DNA from: Bacteroidaceae bacterium
GTDB lineage: Bacteria; Bacteroidota; Bacteroidia; Bacteroidales; Bacteroidaceae
Assembly (NCBI GenBank): GCA_024398595.1
Contig: JAKSIX010000001.1
Span: forward strand, 9,873 to 73,872
Direction of reading: 5' to 3'
Length of the DNA stretch: 64,000 nucleotides
Shown: positions 28,526 through 35,044 of the stretch, in pieces
How the letters are laid out: the number at the start of each line of letters is the position of its first letter
Position numbering within the stretch: the stretch's first letter is position 1
Program-made: the position numbers and the translations under genes
The notes under the pieces: generated by a model
What the model saw: only the letters and a program-made list of their open reading frames with translations
Told to the model about the DNA's origin: nothing
The model's database searches: none

Positions 28526-31276
28526 ATGCGTAATCTGAAATTCATACTCCTCCCGATGATAATGTTCCTCGCACAGCCTTGCGCTGCAGCGGAAAAAACC
28601 GGTCTGTGGGGCAAACTGAGAGAGTCATTCTACAGTAACCTGATATTGGAGAACCGCTACATGCTGATTCTGGACGGATTGAAGACCACTCTGATAATCA
28701 CGCTTTTTGCCGTAATACTCGGCACGCTGCTGGCAGGTCTGATATGCTGGATGCGTATGAGCCGTAACAAATGGCTGTCCGGCTTCGCCAGATCATATAT
28801 TTTCATAGTACGCGGCACACCTGTACTGGTGCTGCTTATGATTATGTTCTATGTAGTTCTGGCATCATCCAATGCATCGGGAGTACTCGTATCCATCATC
28901 ACCTTCGCACTCAACTCCGCCGCATACTTCGCCGAAATGATGCGCACCAGCATACAGAGCATTGAGAAAGGCCAGACCGAAGCCGGTCTCTCACTCGGTC
29001 TCACCAAGACACAGACCTTCATGCACATTGTCCTTCCTCAGGCGGCACGCAATGTCATTCCCGTATACATAGGTGAGGTCATCAGCCTCCTGAAAGGTAC
29101 AGCCATAGTCGGATACGTAGCCGTCATCGATATGACCAAGGCTTCGGACATAATCAGGGCACGCACATTCGATGCATTCTTCCCCCTACTGCTTACCGCC
29201 GGCATCTACCTGCTGCTCTCGTGGCTCATTATCATCTTGCTCCGATACGCCACCGGAGCGGACAGCCAGTCCCCGCAGAAAGGCAATGAAACCTTTGCCA
29301 AAGTTTTGTCCATTCTGATGATGGTATCGGTATTCACCTCGTGTGAGAGCCGGACTGGAAACGCGGAAATCACCTGCAAGGAAGACCTCAAAGGGAAGAA
29401 AGTCGGAGCATTGATGGGTGCATATTACGAAAGTATGCTCTCCGACACATACGGCACAAACAATGTAATGCTGTTCAACAATTACCCTGACGCATACGAA
29501 GCCTTGCGGAAAAAGAAACTTGCAGGTTTCTATGATGATGACGCAATGGCAATCAATGTCCTGCGGAAATACAGGGAGTTTGACACAATATCCGCCGGTA
29601 TGCCAATACTCCCTGTCGGTGCCGGATTCCACAAAGACAGTGTGGAGCTGAGTTCCCTTTTCCGGAATTTCATAGAAGAGTTCAAGGGCAGCCCGGAAGA
29701 ACAGGAAATGCACGAACGGTGGTATAACCACCCTGTTGAGGAATGTCACAGGGATATTGAAGCAATCAAATACGGCAAGCCCATATTGGTAGCCACACTT
29801 GCCAGCGTACCTCCATTCTCATTTATGTCCGACGGTGAATTGGACGGATACGAAATTGAGCTGACACGGAGATTCGCACTATGGGCAGGAAGACCTGTAG
29901 AATTTGTCACAATGGATTTCAACGCCGTTATTTCAAGCCTCATATCCGGCCGCATAGATATGTTCATGACACTCACAAACATCACGGAAGAACGGTTGAA
30001 AAGAATATCGATGGTCCAGTATATGGAGAGCCACCTGATTATTTTCATCAATACCGCCACTGATGAGAGCAAAGGCAATGCAGGTGCCACAGCCATATCC
30101 ATCATTGCACTTCTGGCAATAGCAGGTTGTATTGTCATATTCCAGACAAGGAAACGGCATAAAAGACATATACCGGCAGACCACGGCAATGACAATGATA
30201 CGATTGTCAGCATATCACACTTGCGGAAAATATACGAAGACGGAGTCACGGTTTTGAAAGACGTCAGCGCAGAAATACGGAAAGGTGAAGTGATTTCAAT
30301 AATCGGTCCGTCCGGCACAGGCAAGAGTACGTTGCTGAGATGTCTGAATCTTCTCGGCAAGCCGACGGCAGGCAGCATTCTGATAAACGGTGAAGACATT
30401 CTGGCTTCTGATGCCGATGTACCGTTGCTGAGACAGAGAATGGGAATGGTATTCCAGTCGTTCAATCTGTTCAATGGCAAGACGATACTTGACAACGTCA
30501 CACTGGCACCCGTACTTCTTGGCAGGAAAACCAAGGAAGAGGCTGAGACAAAAGCGATGGAACTGCTGAAAATGGTAGGTATGGCAAACAAGGCTTACTC
30601 ATATCCGGAGCAATTGTCCGGAGGTCAGAAACAGCGTGTCGCCATTGCCCGTGCATTGGCAATGGAACCTGAGATACTGCTGTTCGATGAGCCTACATCG
30701 GCACTTGACCCGACAATGGTAAGCGAAGTCCTCGGAGTAATCCGCACATTGGCACGCAAGGGTATGACAATGATGATTGTCACTCACGAAATGAGTTTTG
30801 CACGTGAGGTGAGCAGCCGTATTTTCTATATGGACGAGGGTACTATCTACGAGGACGGCACTCCCGAGCAGATATTTGACAATCCGCAACGCGAGAAGAC
30901 ACGCATATTCATAAACAGGATTAGGGAATGCCGGTATGAGATAACGGAGAGCCACAACGACTACTATGGAATGATGGGCAAGATTTACAATTTCTGCGTA
31001 CGCTACAATATGTCATCGCAGGAGATTGACCACATTACACATACAGTCGAGGAAGGTCTGCTGCTTCTCGGCACAAAAGACGGAACAAAAGTCGTGATAA
31101 CCCATTCCGAGAAGACAGCTGCCAAACAGGTATGCATCTCTACGCCGTGCAGAATCGAGGCAACCATACTCGACAATAGCGAGAATGCCATTCAGGCCTC
31201 CATCCTGCGTGGATTCTGCAAAACAGTCAGAATAGAGAGCGGAGACCGGGAGAGTCAGCTTATCTGCGAAATATGA
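28526..31276 (+). CDS. Single-chain polar amino acid ABC importer: permease, TM, substrate-binding domain, TM, ATPase, uncharacterised C-terminal domain
   Basis: One uninterrupted 916-aa frame. His/Glu/Gln/Arg-type permease (aa ~40-245; SIEKGQTEAGLSLGLTKTQTFMHIVLPQA). SBP_bac_3-like domain (aa ~285-510). TM helix (aa ~521-540). NBD with Walker A GPSGTGKST, signature LSGGQKQR, Walker B LLFDEPTSALD and H-loop VTHEM. About 119 extra C-terminal residues. Confidence 0.8.
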   Translation: MRNLKFILLPMIMFLAQPCAAAEKTGLWGKLRESFYSNLILENRYMLILDGLKTTLIITLFAVILGTLLAGLICWMRMSRNKWLSGFARSYIFIVRGTPVLVLLMIMFYVVLASSNASGVLVSIITFALNSAAYFAEMMRTSIQSIEKGQTEAGLSLGLTKTQTFMHIVLPQAARNVIPVYIGEVISLLKGTAIVGYVAVIDMTKASDIIRARTFDAFFPLLLTAGIYLLLSWLIIILLRYATGADSQSPQKGNETFAKVLSILMMVSVFTSCESRTGNAEITCKEDLKGKKVGALMGAYYESMLSDTYGTNNVMLFNNYPDAYEALRKKKLAGFYDDDAMAINVLRKYREFDTISAGMPILPVGAGFHKDSVELSSLFRNFIEEFKGSPEEQEMHERWYNHPVEECHRDIEAIKYGKPILVATLASVPPFSFMSDGELDGYEIELTRRFALWAGRPVEFVTMDFNAVISSLISGRIDMFMTLTNITEERLKRISMVQYMESHLIIFINTATDESKGNAGATAISIIALLAIAGCIVIFQTRKRHKRHIPADHGNDNDTIVSISHLRKIYEDGVTVLKDVSAEIRKGEVISIIGPSGTGKSTLLRCLNLLGKPTAGSILINGEDILASDADVPLLRQRMGMVFQSFNLFNGKTILDNVTLAPVLLGRKTKEEAETKAMELLKMVGMANKAYSYPEQLSGGQKQRVAIARALAMEPEILLFDEPTSALDPTMVSEVLGVIRTLARKGMTMMIVTHEMSFAREVSSRIFYMDEGTIYEDGTPEQIFDNPQREKTRIFINRIRECRYEITESHNDYYGMMGKIYNFCVRYNMSSQEIDHITHTVEEGLLLLGTKDGTKVVITHSEKTAAKQVCISTPCRIEATILDNSENAIQASILRGFCKTVRIESGDRESQLICEI

Positions 31277-31962
31277 CGCTTGATGCGGATTGAATTTATG
31301 ATTCGCCCGCATTCCGTTCCTTCGCGCCTCGCCGAGTAGAACCTCACGTCCCCGTAAGTGCAGATGTCGCAGGAGTGAATGTTTTCAGGTCTGACACCTG
31401 ACATTTCCAACAGCCACCTGTTTGCCCGAATCAGATCGATGTGATGGCCTCCTCTCATAGTGCCCGGAACGGGCTCACCGTCATACTGCCAGATTTCATC
31501 CATTGGGAAGCCGCTATCCCTGAACATATCGGCGACCTCCTCTCCTACCTGGAAACTGCGTCTGCTGATGCCGGGGCCTATCACTGCAATCAGGGCTGAA
31601 GCGTCTGTCCCGAAAGCATCGCCCATAGTCAGAACGGTATGCCGTGATATTCTGCGCACCGTCCCCTTCCATCCTGAATGCACGGCCGCTACAGCCTCAT
31701 GCTGCGGGTCATACAACAGGACCGGAATGCAGTCCGCCGTCCTCACCCCTATCGCGCAGCCTTTCAGATTGGTAATAAAGGCATCATACCCCTCCAAGTC
31801 CTCACGGGTCAGGTCTGGCCTGTCTATGACCGCCACTCTGACATCATGAACCTGATGTCCGCAGATTACATTATACGGCAGCTGCGCATCGCGCATTGTG
31901 GAGAACGCTTCCACCCCATCGCCTAACGAATGATACAGCAGACCGTCCGATACCAATTCCAT
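31255..31962 (-). CDS. pgeF: Laccase-domain / polyphenol oxidase family protein (YfiH/PgeF peptidoglycan editing factor)
   Basis: Motifs TADCIPVLLYD, AAVHSGWKGT and CDICTYGDVRFYSARRE. Its 3' end overlaps the convergent ABC gene by 22 bp. Confidence 0.8.
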   Translation of the reverse strand: MELVSDGLLYHSLGDGVEAFSTMRDAQLPYNVICGHQVHDVRVAVIDRPDLTREDLEGYDAFITNLKGCAIGVRTADCIPVLLYDPQHEAVAAVHSGWKGTVRRISRHTVLTMGDAFGTDASALIAVIGPGISRRSFQVGEEVADMFRDSGFPMDEIWQYDGEPVPGTMRGGHHIDLIRANRWLLEMSGVRPENIHSCDICTYGDVRFYSARREGTECGRIINSIRIKRHISQIS

Positions 31963-32001
31963 ATTCTATAGCCTCTACTCTCTCAGTAACCTGTCCCCCG
32001 T

Positions 32002-32775
32002 TCATAGACAGCGGCATTTCTTCATTTCCAGTACGGTCTCAAACCTCTCCCCATCGCTGTCTTCCCGCAACGCCGTCCATATCATCTTCTCATCATTGCA
32101 CACTTCTATGTCCCACCATTCCCTGTACTGGACTCCATCCTTAATCCATCTGAAACAGAGCACGTCCCCTGCCACATAGAACAGGTTCTCCGTGTTCAGC
32201 GGGTCGGCCTCCCACACACCGGCGGCATTCTTCGTGTAATAGACATACGTTCCATCCTCAAGAAACTCCCATCTGTGCTCCGCTGCGCCATAGGTCTCAG
32301 GCCCCGTCAGTTTTACGCCTTCCCACAGTCCGAGAATCGCTTGTGAATAATCGCCGGACACTCTCTCCATCTCCCCGATTCCTTCATTTTCCGTACCAGG
32401 AATATCAGACATAGTCTGCAAGGTCACAGCTCTGCCATCATGGAATGACACCAGACATTCAGACGAGAAATTCCGGGCATAGTGCATAGTCAGCTTATTC
32501 CCGGATACGGTATAACTGCCGACTTCGCCACAGAACCACAAACCGTTCGTGAATATTGTATATACGTATTTCCCATCCGGGAGATACTCGTTGATAGCCC
32601 TTTCGTTTGTAAGGCAAAGTTCATCCCCCAGGGAATATGTTTTCCACATACCCAAAATGCTCTCCTTCAAATATTCTTCCTCTTCATTCACTTCCGAGCA
32701 GCCGATGACCGCATTCATCGCCGCAATCATAAAAACTGATATTGCCAAACGGCAAGTGTTCTTTAAAATCCTCAT
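32002..32775 (-). CDS. Lipoprotein with two lipocalin-like repeats, function unknown
   Basis: Signal/lipobox AAMNAVIGCSE. Duplicated ILGMWKT... / ILGLWEGV... modules typical of lipocalin-like (DUF-type) Bacteroidales lipoproteins. Confidence 0.55.
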   Translation of the reverse strand: MRILKNTCRLAISVFMIAAMNAVIGCSEVNEEEEYLKESILGMWKTYSLGDELCLTNERAINEYLPDGKYVYTIFTNGLWFCGEVGSYTVSGNKLTMHYARNFSSECLVSFHDGRAVTLQTMSDIPGTENEGIGEMERVSGDYSQAILGLWEGVKLTGPETYGAAEHRWEFLEDGTYVYYTKNAAGVWEADPLNTENLFYVAGDVLCFRWIKDGVQYREWWDIEVCNDEKMIWTALREDSDGERFETVLEMKKCRCL

Positions 32776-32840
32776 AATCTGTGTTATTAATAATTGATTG
32801 TCATTGAGTTACATGAATACCACCAATCGCCTGCAAATGC

Positions 32841-32858
32841 AGAACCTGTTTTGAAATG
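32841..32858 (+). repeat. Solo left-arm fragment of the hairpin element
   Basis: AGAACCTGTTTTGAAATG matches the element left arm AGAATCTGTTTTGAAATG at 17 of 18 positions. No matching right arm is nearby. Confidence 0.6.
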
Positions 32859-32915
32859 GTTTACTGCCTCAGCATCAATCCGCAACATTCACAATTACAT
32901 CACCCTATTCAACAG

Positions 32916-33427
32916 TCAGACCGGTTCCATACCATATGACCACGCGCTGTATTCATCACCCAAGTCCAACATTCTGAGAAACTTTCCGGAATAGTCATAG
33001 TACTTTATCTGATAGCTCGATTCGAAGTCAATAATCACCACTTCGTTCCACACCGGATCCAATGTCCATTCGGCAATTCCGAGATACTCGTATTTGGCAC
33101 GTCCCTGATGGCTGATGTCATGCAGATAGTGTCCTGCTGAATCAAAAACCTTGATGTCATCCGTGCTCGGCTGCCTCGAACCGACAAAGAACAGTCCGTC
33201 ATCATATTTCACCCTTGATGTCAGCAATCAGAGCCTCCTTAGAAGTCCTCCAGGAACACAGGTTCCCAACTTTCCACCATCACGCCGTCAAACGACCTGT
33301 CCAAAGCAATGATGTCCTCCTCATTGATCTGGAACACGCCGTTCTCCACCTCACGACCACCACCGCCACCGCATCCGGCAAGCATCATCGCGCCCGACAC
33401 CGCCAACAAATATCGCAAACGTCTCAT
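32916..33427 (-). pseudogene. Frameshifted and 3'-truncated remnant of a BF3164-like (6-bladed beta-propeller) lipoprotein gene
   Basis: ORF 33239-33427 encodes a lipoprotein N-terminus (LAGCGGGGG). The continuation, ORF 32916-33227, is in a different frame and has only a TTG pseudo-start. The two total ~165 aa, against my recollection of ~350-400 aa for this family. The segment IKVFDSAGHYLHDISHQGRAKYEYLGI resembles the family repeat. Confidence 0.45.
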
Positions 33428-33531
33428 AATTCAGGGACTGTTATCGTTCACACAAAAATACTGATTTTGCTGGAAACATCCGTCATTACGTTGCTCCCAT
33501 TTTCCTTCGAGCTCTGTTTCTCATTTTTCAA

Positions 33532-33717
33532 AGTGTGCGCACACTCCCTCATTTTTCACCTTCGCAACTCACTGCTAATCAACACAATCCTTACAACATC
33601 TTCCAATACAGTGCTCACACTACCGAATTACCACCATTGTGCGCACACTCATGATAACAAAACATAACGTGGATATGCCACAAAACGTACAATAATAGGC
33701 GAGTGTGCGCACACTCG
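33532..33717. repeat. REP-like palindrome cluster A (3 copies of the GTGTGCGCACAC core)
   Basis: AGTGTGCGCACACT at 33532-33545, ATTGTGCGCACACT at 33636-33649 and the perfect 18-mer CGAGTGTGCGCACACTCG at 33700-33717. A degenerate copy CAGTGCTCACAC is at about 33609-33620. Lies just downstream of the RAYT-like gene's stop. Confidence 0.85.
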
Positions 33718-33742
33718 ACTATTTTGGAAACAAGCCGTCAAC

Positions 33743-34651
33743 TCAATTTTTAAGAAAATGCAGCTCCACAGATCTCATACGTAGGATTCTGGCTATCCGG
33801 TTTACAGATGCGTTAGTCTTTTTCTTCAAATGAACTGCAATTATCCTCTTCTGTTCTTTGGTTAATTGATTCAACTGGTTGACACTGAACTTTGTCGCAG
33901 CTATGTTTGATGCCTCCGAAACCAATTCATCGTCACTAAATTTCAAGTGCACTTCAACGTATCTTGCTTCTTCAGAGGCGGACTTCGTCATCAGAATTGA
34001 ACGGAAGAAATCAGTCTTGCTGCCGAATATCAATTCTACGGATTCAAAATCGACAAACGACTTGAGAAGCAGATTATTCTGATTATCAATCACAAAGCCT
34101 GATTGTTTGAGGTCGTGTCTCGTTCTCAGTGCTGTTCTAATCTGTCGCACCGGCAATGAAGACAGAGCCACTTCGCCATAATCAGTAGAAATGCCGCCGA
34201 AATATACATTGAATGAAGACCATTGGTAATCCTCAGGACGACTTACGACGTGCGGAACAACAGGATTCATCAGTACATATGAAATGCAATTCCGCAAGTA
34301 ATACAAATCATCAATCTCTTTAGGCTTTGCATTTACATCGCGATAAATCATTGACATACCATGCTCTAAGTACATATATCTGCCATAATCACGTTTGAAT
34401 CCAATGGCAAACATTCGCGCTTGAGCAAATGTTTTGCACCTGATAACAAAGTGCGAATGAGAGGACATATGGCAGAAGCATAGTATTTTTACTCCTGTCA
34501 CATAGGCCGTAATTGCACTAATTATAGTTGATTGCCTGTAATCAGCAACACTTGTGTGCACTATACCGTTTGACAGCCCATCAGTACACACGTGAAAGAA
34601 CAATTCAGATTTTGAAATTTCAATAGGGATAGGATGTTTTTCCATAAGCAT
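33743..34651 (-). CDS. HUH/Y1 transposase-like protein (IS200-like/COG1943, REP-associated tyrosine transposase type) with a C-terminal DnaA-like HTH
   Basis: HUH-type motif CFCHMSSHSHFVIRC. Tyrosine-motif region YYLRNCISYVLMNPVVPHVVSRPEDYQWSS, which matches the pattern Y..NP......P.dY.WSS. C-terminal KEQKRIIAVHLKKKTNASVNRIARILRMRSVEL resembles the DnaA C-terminal HTH. Flanked by palindrome clusters. Confidence 0.7.
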   Translation of the reverse strand: MLMEKHPIPIEISKSELFFHVCTDGLSNGIVHTSVADYRQSTIISAITAYVTGVKILCFCHMSSHSHFVIRCKTFAQARMFAIGFKRDYGRYMYLEHGMSMIYRDVNAKPKEIDDLYYLRNCISYVLMNPVVPHVVSRPEDYQWSSFNVYFGGISTDYGEVALSSLPVRQIRTALRTRHDLKQSGFVIDNQNNLLLKSFVDFESVELIFGSKTDFFRSILMTKSASEEARYVEVHLKFSDDELVSEASNIAATKFSVNQLNQLTKEQKRIIAVHLKKKTNASVNRIARILRMRSVELHFLKN

Positions 34652-34682
34652 TTCTTAGTATCAGATTATCGTGATAAATGTA

Positions 34683-34690
34683 CAAATCTA
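34683..34690 (-). promoter_or_regulatory. Candidate -7 box (TAnnTTTG on the minus strand) for the RAYT-like gene
   Basis: CAAATCTA on the plus strand equals TAGATTTG on the minus strand, 32 nt upstream of the ATG at 34651. Confidence 0.35.
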
Positions 34691-34718
34691 TTTCCAATTA
34701 ATGCTCCATTATCGCAAA

Positions 34719-34757
34719 CATTTCGAGAGTGAGCACAGTTCATCACCTCTCGAAATG
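34719..34757. other. Perfect 11-bp stem hairpin upstream of the RAYT-like gene
   Basis: CATTTCGAGAG (34719-34729), a 17-nt loop, then CTCTCGAAATG (34747-34757). Confidence 0.7.
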
Positions 34758-34801
34758 TACATTACTGAGATACAGCCTGTTAGGAATCGCACTATGAGTT
34801 G

Positions 34802-34916
34802 ATTGTGCGCACACTGGCAACGGACAGGGAGTGTGAGCACGCCGACGCAAGCCCATTTCCGACACCGCACATTATCAAGCAATTAGCGATGGCAAAACGA
34901 CCGAGTGTGCGCACAC
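34802..34916. repeat. REP-like palindrome cluster B (2 copies of the GTGTGCGCACAC core)
   Basis: ATTGTGCGCACACT at 34802-34815 and CGAGTGTGCGCACAC at 34902-34916. A degenerate copy GAGTGTGAGCAC is at about 34829-34840. Lies upstream of the RAYT-like gene. Confidence 0.85.
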
Positions 34917-35044
34917 ACCACAGGAAGGGAAACGAACCGCTCTGCGTCAGGCAAACGGAAACGCACAATGAATAAGATGCCGACAGCACATACTGTGAAC
35001 TGCCGGCACCTTATCGTAAAAACTAACCGGTCAAGCTGTAGGGA

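Noticed and set aside
29746-30591. 281-aa ORF on the minus strand inside the ABC fusion gene
   Set aside because: It is antisense to the binding-domain and NBD coding region, has no motifs and has no plausible promoter context.
33215-33667. 150-aa plus-strand ORF, and the 65-aa minus-strand ORF at 34792-34989
   Set aside because: They run through the palindrome clusters and the pseudogene on the wrong strand. Their translations are low-complexity with no motifs.
33532-34916. Possibility that the repeated GTGTGCGCACAC units form a CRISPR array
   Set aside because: The units are only 12-18 bp, irregularly spaced (64-105 bp) and split by a transposase-like gene. No cas genes are present. A REP-type interpretation fits better.
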